A DNA stretch of 64,000 nucleotides from Paraphysomonas bandaiensis. Its lineage: Eukaryota > Protista > Chrysophyceae. Positions 33,485 to 47,972 of the stretch are shown here, piece after piece; the stretch's first letter is position 1; each line of letters opens with the position of its first letter. A model generated the notes under the pieces. It searched no databases and was not told where the DNA came from. It was given only the letters and a program-made list of their open reading frames with translations. The stretch lies in NCBI GenBank assembly GCA_965644295.1, contig CBFFRP010000413.1, forward strand, positions 42,520 to 106,519. Reading direction: 5' to 3'. Both the position numbers and the translations under genes were made by a program.

Positions 33485-33845
33485 TACACTGGTGCAGTTG
33501 CCACTGTCATCTTTATGTCTGGCTGACGTGTTCGAGGTTCTGTAGAGTGTCGTGAATACAGCATATGTTTAAGAAAAAATGAATATTATATGTATAATGT
33601 AACCGTTACTTTTTAACATTTTTGAGTCATAAGCAATACTTCTCTATAAGTTCTTCGGAGTACCAACCTTCTAAAGTGTACCCACACCTTCTAAAGCGTA
33701 GTCATACAAGTAATTATTCAATATTATTCATGACGCGTACTCTACAATTTACAGGCACATCGCTGGAACGTAGTCAGTAGCAGAAGGCAATGCACAAATA
33801 AAAGTCTGCTTGTAAAGGATATTGACTCAAGAAATCAAAATGATA

Positions 33846-36084
33846 TCATGCTACAAATGGCTCGGTTTCATGCATTAAGTAATCAACGGCCTCCGGAAAC
33901 GTGCACTGTAAAACAGGAAGAAGTTTTTCTCTGACTTCAGCGTGATATGCATTTAGCCAGGCCACTTCATTCTTTGTCAGCAGTGAAGCATTTATTAGCT
34001 TCTGCTGGATTGGACACATAGTAACTGTCTCAAACTTACAATATCTGGGTGCCCCATATGAGATGCTGGTCGAAGCTGGTACCGTGATGCATAAGTTCTC
34101 AATGCGAATACCGAAGGCCCCATCTTCGTAATACCCTGGTTCGTTAGATGTAGTCATACCACACACATATCCCTGAATACATACATCAGCACATAACTCG
34201 TCAAGGTAATAAGGTGGTAAACTCACAGCCTCGCCCCCAACTCTCTTTCTGAACCCTATTCCTTGCGGACCCTCATGTACATTCAAAAATGATCCTACCC
34301 CGTGACCAGTACCGTGGTTGTAATCCATTCCTGCTCGCCACATAGGGGCACGGGCAATGGTATCGAGACGGGAGCCTGCGATGCCTTCATAAAAGTGATA
34401 AGGCGCTCAGACAGTACAATGCAAACTGCACTCTACCTTCAGGAAACACTGCGTCGGCAAGTGCAATATGGGACTATTCTGAAGCTAAGAAACGATTAAT
34501 TTTCGTAGATTACAACTCACCTTAAGGACATAAGTGAAGCAGTCTTTCATCCACTGCGTTGGCTGGCCGAAGTGCAACGTCCTAAGCACAGAGAATGTCA
34601 GGAAATGGTGATATTCAATAAATAGTGAATTAGTGCACACCTAGTGACGTCTGTAGTGCCATCAAAATATTGTGCCCCCGAATCGCACAAATACAAGGAG
34701 TCGAAACCTAGAGCAGAGCATGTTTCCCTTTTAGGCTTATAGTGGATTACGGCACCTAAAGATATGCAACTATTAAGCATAACATTAGCTTGACGAAATA
34801 CACCACCATTAGCTCCATATGAAGATATGGTATCAAAAGATGGGGAGACGTAGTTGTTAACCTTTGATCTGAATGTATTCAATTTGCAAGCTACCTCGTA
34901 TTCCGTTGGCATTTCCCCTCCAGACAATTTCAATGAAGACATCAGGCCTTCAAGCCAGGAAAAGAAAGCTGTCAGGGCGGCCCCGTCCCTGATGTGACAC
35001 TCTTTGAACCCGCGCAACTCAGTCTCGTTTTTAATGCTCTTCATTGTGTTCACAGGAGATTGAATATCGCACACAATCTCTGTCCCCGCTGCCTCAACAC
35101 AGCGATAGAGTCGCCAGTTTAGTTGATTGCAATCCAGAGCAATACGTCGACCATTCTCAGAAAAAGATGCAGCCAAGGATGCCAGAAAAGCTTCAATATC
35201 TCCATATGAATGCACGGTCACAGGTTTGATACCATTTGATTGCAGGTGGGATTCAACTTCCACAGATACTCTATCCCGTGGAGACACGAACCAGTGCGCA
35301 GCCCCAGAGTCCAATACTACCACATAAGAAGTAACTACAGGGTTATAATCCACATCAGCGCCCCTAATGTTGAGCAGCCAAGCAACCTGCACAAATATTG
35401 AGGTACCAATGGTGGAATTCATTTCCCCAATACCTCATCCAGCATAGAGACCACAATGGCATCGCACCGCTTCGATTGCAGTACTTTCTGCACGCGTGAG
35501 AGTTTTTCCACTATACTTTCTCCAGCAAACTGAATATCGTGAGGGCGTATAGCGGCACTAGGTGCATCAGGGCGGCTGGCGCCCCACACCATATCTATTG
35601 GGTTCTCATCTATAGCAACCAGAGATATACCACGCTTGCTGAGCACTGCCTCCAAATCTTTCGCGTAGGAGGCGGACACAAGATATGCGTCTAATCCAAC
35701 AATCTGTCCCTCAACAAGATTGAGAACTAGCCAATCATTAATACTGGGAACACCCGACTGTCCGGATTTCATTAGGATCCACTCGGACGAGAGTTCCTGA
35801 GCAGCCTGGTTAAAATATCTGCCGTCAGTCCACAGAAGAGCACTATCAGCAGTAACAATGGCAGTTCCAGCCGAGCCCGTGAAGCCTGAAATGAAAGCAC
35901 GACGTTTCTCACAAGCTGCTACATATTCGCTCTAAGCAGAGAATGAGAAACAAACGCATGCGGAGATATTTGAGATGCAACAGAATACAAGATTCACCTG
36001 GTGGGCATCCCCGGAGCCGATGATGAATGCATCCACTCGAGCAGCAGACAGTAGAGCGCGTAAGTCTGAAAGATTCTTGTTCAT
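33846..36084 (-). CDS. XPNPEP1: Xaa-Pro aminopeptidase 1 (aminopeptidase P, M24B), multi-exon
   Basis: DAHQ|SEYV, FISGFTGSAG, WTDGRY, AWLLNIRG, CDSGAQYFDGTTDVTR, HGTGHGVG..VHEGP and NEPGYY..FGIRIEN. ATG at 36084. Confidence 0.93.
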
Positions 36085-37040
36085 TAGGTTAACAAGTCGT
36101 AGATTTCAGGTGGGGGAGTTACAACGAGAGGTACAGCTATAAGAGGACGAACACACCGGTATCTATGGCATGGGTATTGATTGCTTGGTAGAGCTACCTG
36201 TACAGTGTACAGCACGCTCGTGGTACGATGTACTACTACAGTGTACTACTCTGATACTATAGGTTGTATTCCAGGAGACAGCAGCAGAATACCGTATACT
36301 AATATCCATATATCTGCATCGTACACCCTGCACCGGTGCAGAGGAGGCAGTGCTGTATGTTACACTATCGCACATGCAGCTATTCCATTAAATATCTCGT
36401 CGGATTACATCAGGCTGTTACTACGATATTTCGCACCTGTTGCATTCATCTCATCGTAATAACTGGGCAGTTGCATACTGCTTTAATTCAGTCTATATAT
36501 CAGAAGTGTGTATATATGTGTAGAATGAAGTCGCATGATAGACGGCACTTGCAACAAGATAAGGAAATGCAGCTTTTAAACAAGTTGTGTGGAACTCATA
36601 TCCAGGGGCGATAGTGTTCCACTGCTCATCAGCGATAGAAACTTCCAAGAAGTGTGCTGCAAAGTTCCATTCCACACCGCATAGTATTCGCCCAACCATT
36701 TGATCTTTTCCCTTTGTTGAACCTTTCCTATAGACGACCTAACTCGGTGATACATGGTTCTCATTGAGGGTCCACCTGACTTACTCTGAGCACACGTTGC
36801 GCTACACCTTTGTGAAACTAAAGAGTTCCGATTTCGTAAACAAATGCCCCATACCATCAATGCTGCTTCCGGTAGTAATTAGAAAACTTACCTTCACTGG
36901 ATTTGCCCTGAACACATAGTTGTTACATATTGAGCTTCAGGCATATTGATGGATCCAATGAATTTACCCTATAAATGTTTTGGACATTTCGTTTCATCCT
37001 TCTGATCTCGTTTATGTTTAGGCAGCTCTACCCTCTACCT

Positions 37041-37234
37041 ATTAGCAATAGGTGTTTTATAAGAGTTAGGACTAATATAGCATTGCAATTTTATTAACTA
37101 GGACTTAACTATTCTGAGATCCTACTATTTAACGCTACGAAAGCTGCTTGTGTGTCACCGCAAGCACCAACGTGCAACCACTTTCGTTCTATCACTCAAA
37201 GCAAAAGAAGTGACCAAGCATAATATTGATATAC
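37041..37234 (-). mobile_element. 5'-truncated SINE-like copy
   Basis: Matches the family 3' half and provides the empty-site sequence for the Copia 1 insertion. Confidence 0.75.
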
Positions 37235-37284
37235 TTAATTTTTTTTCAGTTCTTTGTTGCCACCGTGAATCTTCTCGACTGCCT

Positions 37285-37694
37285 TATATATTGAAAGCCT
37301 AATTACTTAGCAATAGGCGTTAAAAATCTGCACCAATAGTGGCTAGTTGAATTCTAGACATACTATTTAGACCTCTACCCATAACTATTTTCCTACTATT
37401 TAGCGCTACAGAAGCTGCTTGTGCGTCGTCGCAAGCACCAAGGTGCGACCACTTCCGTTCAAATGTTGATTGTGAGATTCGCCATGATCGTATGTCCCAG
37501 GACTCACTGGCGCGTGTTATCAGGGGGTCTCAAGTGGTCAGCTTCTGTAGCGCTAAATAGTAGGATAATAGAATTTGTGCTGATTAGTTATGGGTAGAGG
37601 TCTAAATAGCATTCTAGCATTTAACTAGCCACTACATTAGTGCAGGTTTTTAACGCCTATTGCTAATAATAAGACTTTCAATATATCAATATAT
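37285..37694. mobile_element. Head-to-head pair of retroelement 3' ends
   Basis: 37285-37538 is a minus copy and 37539-37694 is a plus copy ending CTTTCAATATATCAATATAT. Together they form an inverted repeat with ~150-bp arms. Confidence 0.8.
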
Positions 37695-38363
37695 AAGGGG
37701 TCTCCCCTTGGGATGAGGTTCCACCAGGATCTAAGGTCTGAGGTACAGGGTTCTGTATTAAGGTCCTGAGTGTACCGAGTGCTTGATGTGTGTGCTGAGA
37801 GGTGGGTGGAGAGGTGGAATGTGGCGTTGTCTCAGTGCACTGTTTGGGCCTCAGGCATAGGTATTAAGACCTCTACCCATAACTATTTTCCTACTATTTA
37901 GCGCTACAGAAGCTGCTTGTGCGTCGTCGCAAGCACCAAGGTGCGACCACTTCCGTTCAAATGTTGATTGTGAGATTCGCCATGATCGTATGTCCCCCAG
38001 GACTCACTGGCGCGTGTTATCAGGGGGTCTCAAGTGGTCAGCTTCTGTAGCGCTAAATAGTAGGATAATAGAATTTGTGCTGATTAGTTATGGGTAGAGG
38101 TCTAAATAGCATTCTAGCATTTAACTAGCCACTACATTAGTGCAGGTTTTTAACGCCTATTGCTAATAATAAGACTTTCAATATATCAATATATAAGGGG
38201 TCTCCCCTTGGGATGAGGTTCCACCAGGATCTAAGGTCTGAGGTACAGGGTTCTGTATTAAGGTCCTGAGTGTACCGAGTGCTTGATGTGTGTGCTGAGA
38301 GGTGGGTGGAGAGGTGGAATGTGGCGTTGTCTCAGTGCACTGTTTGGGCCTCAGGCATAGGTA
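37369..38363. repeat. ~498-bp near-perfect tandem duplication
   Basis: 37369-37863 is repeated at 37867-38363. The only difference I see is C3 vs C5 in TGTCCC(CC)AG. Confidence 0.9.
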
Positions 38364-39275
38364 GAGTTGCCGGAGACGGCGTCGTTGTCGAGGGCCTGAA
38401 GGTTTCATGGGGACGTGATATGTTCCTGTGGGTATGAGTGGTGGGGTTCGTGTGTACGGTGGGTTGTGGTCCAGTCTGGTCGTCTGCGGACTCCTAGTAA
38501 TCGTAGCACCCTGGGGCGGTTCCATGGCTATCTACGTTTTTGACGCGGTCGCGGGAGTAGCCTAGGGGGTCCTTTGTATAGGGTAATATATCGTCGACTT
38601 CGATCTTGGATCATGAGCTTTGCTGCAGCAAAAAGTTTTGGTGTCAGGTACTCATGAATGTGATCTCCAAAAACCATCTCGAATTGTGCAGTGGTGATGA
38701 TGCCTGTTCAGAATCTCTCCACCTGCTGCTGCTTTTTTGAAGGGCCGATATGAATTTTCGCCCAGATGTCATGTGGGGAGTTCGTCATACAATGTACGAG
38801 CGTCTTGGGGGTCGAGCTAGTGCTCATCTTCCTCCTGCTATCCTATTGGCACACATTAGAAAATTTTAAGTAGTCCCGTCATTGTACCAGATTGACATGC
38901 TCCATTTCACTTTGGAATTATACTTAATATGGCAAAACCAAACTCGCATGATAGCAAGTGGCCAGATAGAAGCAAATAGCGGTCAATCCTTACGAATGCG
39001 AAGTCCTGCCTGCTGGTACCTCTTGTTTGATTACTGTGCATAAATTCCTTACGGAGCTTACAGGCATACCTTCAGAGTTTCTTCAAAGTTTCCAATTGCC
39101 GGCAAATATCTTAACGAACACTGTGATCAATTAAATTAATTATTATATAGATAAATCCAATTGTATTTTTACAACAAAATGCTGCTTTATAACAACACGT
39201 ATCTTCAAATTAGCTTCTTTCCAGAAGCCCGGCAAATTGTAATAAACATATTAGAAGACATGTTAATGACCCCAT

Positions 39276-40192
39276 CAAGATTGCGTATCAATTAATTGTC
39301 AATTAGTAACTACCTGCCAATATAGCTAGTAGCGATGCATGCGTAAAAACATAAGTAGCTTCTAAATGTTGAGGAGTCAAGCTCATGCACAAACCTGTCT
39401 TAACAATATAGCTCTACTGAACAACCTTCCAACCTTATAGATTGTGGCATGCAAGTGCTTCATGCTGCGGTAACGAGTTTGCTGGTCAAGTCTTTCTCGC
39501 TTCCGCTGCCTGCTACCATCAAGCAAACGTTGCCCTGCGTTGTAATTCGGAACTAGAATCGCACCATCATAACCTCCATCCTCATATAGAGCAAAAATAT
39601 TTTAATTCGATTCTTTTCCGTCCTATTTACGACTGCCTTTTTGAAATCAGCGTTTTGAATAATAGCATCACTGTCGCCCAGATGGCGCTCAACAATCGGG
39701 TGCCTTAATAAATTCCAATTCCTACCGTAACTTCACGAGCTCGGCATGCTCCATTTCACTTGATATAGGACTTAACACGTCGGAACCAAACTCAAATGAT
39801 CGCAAATGATTAAATAGAAGCAAGTAGCGGTCAATTATGGAATTGTGGAGCCCTTTTTCTATTGCAGCCTCTTCGTTATTATCATTTATTGCAAAGAGTT
39901 CTGGTGCCAGTTTATCGCTCATATCGCTGAATAATTGCATTTTTACTATGTGAGATAATTCTATGGATATTATGTCTTTCACCAATCTTCGATTTTCATC
40001 CTAAAAATTGCAATCAACAACTTTTTAGCATAAAAAGGTGGTACTTTTTATATACTTTTTATATCAATTAATTGAAGCAAGCTAGAGCCAATTATAATTG
40101 CAATTATGATTTGATCCCAATTTCAATTATTGCAATTTCAGTAATTGATAATTGCAATTAATTGAAAATCAATCAGTTGATACGCAGCCCTG
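39276..40192. mobile_element. Degenerate hAT-like TIR element
   Basis: CAAGATTGCGTATCAATTAATTG (39276) vs reverse complement of the right end CAGGGCTGCGTATCAACTGATTG (40192). Subterminal AATTGCAATT repeats. No TSD found. Confidence 0.5.
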
Positions 40193-40708
40193 GGAGTTTG
40201 TACCGCTTATGATTATACATTGTATAATAGCGTAATAACTAATATACGCACTCTAATTATACCTTGCCAGTGTGAAGCTGACGAAACATATAAAATACTG
40301 CAACCTCCGGAGTAGTACAGTGTCACACAGGCAGTATTTAAACTAAGAAACAGTAAAACATATCATTGGTATAGACATGGTGGGTGAAGCTGAACATTTA
40401 ATAGAGCTATGCCTTTAAACTTCAAACGCCACGCCTATGAGGAAAACAGCCATGACCTCTCTACACTTCCATAATATGCCTACATAGGACAAATGATAAC
40501 TAACTACTGATATTATTTAATTGCCGTCCTGTCATTTCCGCAACATGCATGTTCATTCTCAGTACTGAATACTACAATTTGGATATACTACATAATACTA
40601 AATCCTAACATCCATCAGTTAAGGCTAAAAGGATACAAATTATGCATAAGGATGTACAATTCAACAAGTGCGTGGACAGTGGCACAGCTTTACGCGCAAC
40701 ATAACTAT

Positions 40709-43700
40709 CTAACGAATTAATGACCCTGACGTCTTATCCAGAGGGAGGTTAAGTGGAGAGTCTGAAGTTTGCGTGCCTGACCCAGTTCCCGCTCCTTGGG
40801 CCGTAGAAGACTGCTGTGTAGGTCCAATACATGACCTAAGATGTGTAAGGAACACTTTATAAGTATCTATACACTCCCTTACCGAGCTACAGATTCAAAC
40901 ACGCGCTCTATCTCGGGTGCACATCTTGTGAACGGCCGTCGCCAGAACGCATAGCGGGGGTTCTTGATGAGCTCGATGAAAGTGATGAGTAATCCCCACT
41001 GATGTCAATTAGAGCAGAAATAAATAGAGCTATATACTTACCGGATGTGGTCGATGTACTATTAGACGCTCTAAAAGGACTCGAGTTATCTGCTCCTGGA
41101 TGAACTCATTGCTGGCCTCACCAAATAAACTCAATAATACACACGAGAAATAGTGTGTATGGTTATTTGGATATCGCAACTGGTTAGCCATCACATTCAG
41201 CACTGTGTATCTGCTCTCAGCATCCACAGCAGTGACCAAGTGTTTGAAAACGTCCATTGCAACAGACGGGTGCATCTGGGTCTTCTGTTGTTGTTGCTGC
41301 GCTACCGCATAGGATGCCACGTACATCACAACAGCGGTCGTTAGAATTGAGTGAAGTCCACCTCCACTTTGCGTTATCGCTGGTACTAACTGATCAAGAA
41401 ACTCTGCTGGTTGCTTGTTTGCCAGGTAACTGTCCAAGCGAGACCGAAGTCCCCTTTCGTGAAGAATTCCTACGAAGTCTGTTAGCAGCCTGGGCGACTG
41501 AGCTATCTCTGGTAATAGGTCAACTTTGAGGTTAGGTGTGAAGGGGTCTGGCAAGCGCATAGACCGCGGAAAGGCTGACAAGACAAGGTTTCTTAGCTGT
41601 ACACAAGGTTGAGGGATGGGTTCACAAAGAGATAGATGGTAGTCACAGAGAAACTCAGGGAAGTCGTGCAACAGGACCAGCAAAACTTTCAGAGTACCTT
41701 TATACAGTCTCCTCAAGGGGTCGATTAAGATAGCGCTTCTAAGGAAGGGCTGCATAAAGTGAAGCAGTGAAAGAAGCAACCTGTGCATATACGGCCAACC
41801 CTTCTGCCCGCGCGCATGCAGGAGGTGAGGCATAAAACTCCTGTGTGAAATAAGTTGCAGCCAAGCAAACGCGAATGTAGGCACAGCGGACGGCTGCAGT
41901 GCGAGGAAGACCTGACTATATGTAACCAGAAGAGGAAGCAGGGCAGGATTGGGGTCTTGTTTGGTATCAGCAACACCCAGATCTTGCATCAGATTTGAGA
42001 AGAGACGATAATAAGGTCTCTGATCAAATACAGTATTGGCAGCTCTTCTAGCCTCATGGTCATCGAGTAGTGCTCTTGCAATGGCATTTAGGATTCGACT
42101 CAGTAGACTCAAGCGGACATTGGCATCGCTAGTTTCCTTGTCTGCTAGCCTCACAAGCAATAAAAACAGCTTAGAAAGAGCATCGATAACAGTAAACGAA
42201 AGATTTGATGATAGTTGTCCCGCTGAGCTATCGCCCTGGGAGCTCTGGTTTTGTTGTCCACTTTTCACGCAAGCCTCCACACACACCTCGGCAGAGAGAC
42301 GGAAGAATCTATCCGCTGCCTCCTCTGTTTTAAGCACTCCGTACTGGTGCAATAATTGAAGATATTGGCCAAACACCTGGTCGTTAGAGGAATTCCAAAC
42401 GCGTAGCCATCTATCCAAAAGCAACATCACATGCTCACGAACAGAGTCGCGAGAGGGTGGGGCAGGGGCCGCACTAGACCCGGTGGAGCTCTTGGGATCC
42501 TCTCTCGCAGCAGCCAAGGTGCGAATATCCGTCAACCACTTTTGCAGTTGCTTACGAATCGTGGTGTTGGCGGGTCGCATTTTACTTACAATCTCAAACA
42601 CCTTCGAAAATTCAAAGGTAGCAGCGATACCTTCCGCCAGACTATGTCGAATGAAATTGAGTGCAACCTCAACCCATATCATATTTTGCCCACCATCTAA
42701 ATTATTAGCAAAGTAGAGATCTACTTCTTGTGCACGAAGAAGCTTGGCTCTCATCAGGAGAGTCAAAATATCACGATGCAGCTTTCTACTGGATTCTTCT
42801 GTGACAGAAAAAGTAGCATAGTGACTGAGCCACGATATCATATCCGGTGTGAACTTGCGCTGGCCACCACAGGCATCTCGAAGCGCCTCTAAAATTCCCA
42901 CCATCACCTCTAAGCGGAGAGTATCATTTACGGCAACGGTGTCCACAAGGCGCTTGAAGACACTCTCTGCAAATGTGAGAGCGCTCTCTATGCGCACCCC
43001 GGGCTGTGTACACTGCGTAATGTGAATGACGTCTCTCAGTCTCGCGAATATTTCATGGTCACCGCCTAACATAGATAGGTATACGTCCCTGCCTTGGACT
43101 TGCATCATAACATTTTTAAGTGCAATGTCAACTCTTGAGAGTGCAATTTGGTAAGCTTCAAGCGCTTGTGCCATGGACAGACTGGAACCACCTTGGTTCG
43201 GCACAGATGGGGGCATACTGGGCGACATGTGAGGAGAGGGTCTGCCTGGCTGGCCATGGGTGGGTATATCAGGGCCTGACTGCTGAGGTGCGTGATTCTG
43301 CTGTGATGCACCGGTAAGAGACAGGCGTTGTCGCTGAAAAGCCTCATATACTAGCATCTGTGCTTGGGTTAATCCTCCTGCAATAGGTTTCATCGCATCA
43401 GGAAGATCGCGAGGAAATCGGCTACTCTTACTGGAAGAGCCGCTAGTATCGGGCAAAGGTACACCTGTCTCGTTGTGCTTCCGTCGCAACTGAATAGCAG
43501 GAGCGAGTGCCTCATCAATGTCCCGGATAGCCTTCTCAGTCGCAGCTTTCTCAATCAGCATACAGCCCAGCTCCAGATTTTCTGTCGAACAGACCTGCAC
43601 AACCTGTTCAGTCGACATCTGGTCCACCGAACTTTGAGAGAGAAGAGTGCGCAGATGATTCCCAATACTGACACGTAGGGGCTCCTTACATGTTACTAGG

Positions 43701-46700
43701 GCTAAACTGCCGGCAAGGTTCGATATCATTAAGTGGGCAGCCCGGCGCAGCTGGTTCTCATTTGGTTCGAGGGCAAAATCCTTCTGAATGAGCTGTTGCG
43801 TAGTAACACACGCAATAGTAACGGATCTCTCTACCACTGGTTGAATAATCTCGCGAATAGCGCGATCCACTGCCAGTGGTACGATACGGCGCAAACCAGG
43901 GTTAGATTGAAATATATGCAGAGAAGGGTTTATGATAACATGAGATCCCAAGTTAGGAATCACGGTGTGTTCTGAAGGGGGGGGCTGAGGTGGAGCAGGG
44001 CTGGAAGAGACCTTTTCGTGATCTTCGTGCGTCGGAGGAAGAGGAGACGCACTGTGCTGGCTTGCAGAAGGCTGCGTCTGAGAAGGAGGTGACGATTGTG
44101 ACATAGGAGCCGGAGAAGCGCTTTGAGCATTTGAACTCCGTACATTAAAATCAGGATTCTTCTCTTTCACAGGAACAGGACATAGGGCCAACAGGTTAGA
44201 TTGGGGGATATCATCAATTCGGACACCTATTTTCTTGCACAGGACCTGTACTTCAAATTTGATATTCATTTTGAGGCCCTCAATCTCGAACAACTCTCGC
44301 ATTACCCCAAGCACGGCCATAAGCCATGGGTTAGGCGGGTGAAATATCTTTGACTCATTACAACCTTCAACTATCTTTGCGACGAAAGAGCACACGGCAA
44401 TCAATCTACCATTCTCGTATCCCCAGAGCAAAAGCTCCTTCAAGTCGCACCGCTTCTGCAAGAGGGGTTTGTTTCTCGCCAAAGTCAACTGGCCAAGCCA
44501 TATACCGAGATTACGGAGCAGTGACCTCTCTGAGCTGGATGTCGTTATCTTGGAAGATTGCAGCAACTTCGTAATGTTATGGTAACTGCTATTCAGAACC
44601 GCCTTAACAAGTGCAGGTGAGTCGAGCAGGTCGATAACTGCAAGATATGTATCATGAAGGTTTGGCTGGGTGCTCACTCGCTTGACTATGAGGTAGTTGG
44701 CGAACCAGTTGTAATGAATGGGTTCCATGATTGACCTGAGTTCGTTAGTCTTTGCCTCAACATTACTCTTTGCGATGTTGTTTACAATGAAAAGTATCTG
44801 GTCTCTGGTAGACTCCGATGGCACTTGCACATCGATCGCCTCCATATTGATTGCGTACATTTTCTCCACACTCTTCCTTCGCCTCTCCGTTGAGCCATCT
44901 GCCGTGACATTTTCAGCAGAAGAATTACTCGTGGTGTTACTTGGAGCGCCCCGGGGCTGAACTAGGCCAACCTGGGTGGAATGATTTGGACCCTTTTCCG
45001 ATAAATTCATAGTGGCAACTTGAGTAGTTACCTGTGTCACTGCTACATCATGTGCTGGCTGTTGATCCATAGAAGTCTCCGATGTCGAGCCTGTAGGCGC
45101 AGCAGAAAGTGATGAGGCCTCTTGTGACGCCCCGCCACTTACACCCTGTTGGCTTGCAGAGGATGACGAGGGGTTACTGATTGCGCGCTGGGCCTCCTTA
45201 AAAAGCTCTTGGCAGTGTTTTGTGAGGTGGGGAATTTGAACCAGATGGGAACAGTACTGAGGCCACTCGCTTAGGCGAGATCGGAATTGTTCCAACGATA
45301 TTTTACCAAACCGAAACATTTTCTCGTTACTGCCCCCCTGTTCAGGGTCTTTACGGAGAGCTTCCAATACATACCGAAGTGCTATGCCTAGGGTGATACT
45401 AGACACAAGCTGATGCTGTATGAGAGTGCCAAAGAGTCGACCTGTCACCTGCAGCTCCTTTTCCGGATACTTGTGAAAGAAACGATACTCGTCGAACAGG
45501 TTGTGGATCATACATCGGAAAATCTCTTGCTCTCTGGTCTCAGTGGATGATTTGAATCTCTTAAGTAGGTGAATAACTTCGTCAATTGTCATATCAGAAG
45601 TGTAGATTTTCTGGAAGTAAGAGTTGGATACCTCCTCTATCTCCGCCGACTCAGGTCCTCCAGTCCGCTGTCCTGGTCGACCGTCCACCCCTCCCCGTAC
45701 AGTGGCCCTAGAGTCACCTGTCTGTTGCTGCTGAGAGGCAAGTTCAGACATAGCACGGACCTCCTGTGGTGATACCACTGCAGGATGCTGCTGAATACAC
45801 TTCAGAAGCGTAGAGAAACTCTCCACCGAGAGAACGGGACCCTCCAATGCACTGCGTGGGCGGAGTGCATCGGCATGGGACTTGGCGAACATGGCTACAT
45901 TCCTGGCTAACTGTGGATTCTTCGCGAGCACTGCAAGCAGCCTATCTTCCAATGACAGGTGCCCACGGTCAGCCAACAGACACCAGTAACCTAGTACCTC
46001 ATCAATGCTACACTCTTCTTGCACCTTTACAACAATGCCCATGCCATTAAGACGCTGATCGATTTGGAGCATCTCCTGAACCGTCTGTGCGTTCTTGAGA
46101 CCAATACGGCACAGTAACAGCAAGAGATCCTGATTGATGTCCCTTAATTTCATCATTATCATGTTCGAAGAGGGGCGCGACCCTGCCAGACCAGTGAAGT
46201 ATCGCAAAATGCGACGGAGGATCTCTGTTCGGACACCACTCAGTTGATCACTAACTTGGGCGAGTCCAATAAGCACGTACTCAGGGTACTGAGTGGAGGC
46301 GTCCGTCAATATCTTAACAACTTCAGCAGAATTGCCTCTGGCTGCTATAGCAAGGAGGGTGGAATACACATGCACGCACATCCACGACCCGTTGTGTGGG
46401 GTCGGTACCTCTTGGCTCTCAAGACGATGTGCGCCAGGATTCATGTCAGAGAAGTCCACCAAGTTTCTGGAAGTCCCACATGCTAGCACAATGAACGCTA
46501 GCTGTGCAGTTCGATTCTCCCAAACAGCACCCATCAAACCGGAGGCCGGGAAGGGGCGTCCGCTTATGCGGGAGAAGAGCTTAACTAGAAGTACGAACTC
46601 CGACTCACTTGGCGGAAATAATGCAGAACTGACATCCATATGGCGCACCACCGCCGCCCATTTCATGTGACGTGCATTTTCCGATAGTACAGCTACAACA

Positions 46701-47741
46701 ACCTCAAGGTTCCACCATTGGAGCTCCCCGCCATCACCTGTAGGCACGGGAGAATCCTGTAACAGAGCGTATAACAACGCACTTTCCGCAGTATGGTCAC
46801 CGTCCCGCTTCATACCATCACGGGGAACTACAAGTAGCAGGATGTCAGCCACGTGCCGCTCCTCCAACCGTGACACACCAAATTCGCTAAGAGTTTTGCG
46901 GAAAGTATCAGAAGATGCAGAACATTGATATCCAATATCCCGCAAGGCACGGGCCAGGTCACCACCTTGTTCGCTTGACGCGGCATCCTCCTGCTTCGAT
47001 GCTGGGATACGGGTACTGGATGCTGCAACCTGAAGAACTTTCCGTGTGACATCCGGAGAGCATATGTCATCCTGATATAACTTTACCCATATATCACTTG
47101 AATATCTTACATACCTCAGAAGTGGAAATAAAGTGAACAATTGCGTGCACAGTACCCTCACTCAAATCGTTAAAAGAGGTAACCTCGACCAGTTTCGACT
47201 TCATCAGAGATTTCGCCTCAGCAACTACTGATTGATACTGGGATTGTGAGAGAGAATACGCGAATGCTACCGATTGTGATGGCGTTAGCTTGAGAGCGTT
47301 GCACAGGTTGAGGGGACTCAGTTCGTCAGGTAAACGGCCCTCAGACTGTAAAACTACCTGCCTGTTTCCTCCTTCATATATTTGGCACATCGAAGTGACA
47401 AAATTAGGAGCATGCAGAATCTTTGCGATTTCATCATGAAGAGTGGTCATCTGCATCGAGTGAGGAGCAATCTAAAAGCAGTTTACTACAGTTACCTTAT
47501 GAGAATCTTTCAGTGAAGATCTGTCTCTTAAATCTACCTCATCAAGAAGGCAACTCACATGATGAATGAGTGCTTCTTCGCCGTACATTTCTATCAGCTG
47601 TATTCAATAGTAAGTATAAAGCACCGGTACTCTAATATTCACGTCAACCTGTTGTATCTCGATAAAATTGGTTTTGTGTGTTTTCTTTGACAGTGACGCA
47701 GTCAAGTTCTTAATTTGCCAAAAGATGGGTGGAGAGAACAT
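40709..47741 (-). CDS. CNOT1: CCR4-NOT transcription complex subunit 1, multi-exon
   Basis: N-terminal exon [25 protein letters not shown]|LIEMYG. Main exon has [34 protein letters not shown] and [13 protein letters not shown]. Final exons RPHP|[20 protein letters not shown]|SCIG. Stop at 40709-40711. Confidence 0.97.
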
Positions 47742-47972
47742 TACTACTCTGCATCCTTACTCATCAATTTTGAAAGAACAACAAGCCGCCAAGAAGTGAG
47801 TATTGCGGTTGTAGCGTCTAAGTCTGTTTATTATATAAGGGGAGGTGTAGTGTATACTTCTACTTGTTGTTGTTCATTCTTTTCCTGGCATTATTTTTTG
47901 TGATTAGCATTTCAGATGCATTTCGGGAGGATCTTGAAGCGACATTTTTTCAGTTCATTATTTTGATCTATA

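Noticed and set aside
41153-46670. Many plus-strand ORFs inside CNOT1, and similar shadow ORFs over Copia, DGAT2 and the orphan gene
   Set aside because: Antisense or alternate-frame shadows of long coding regions, with no motifs.
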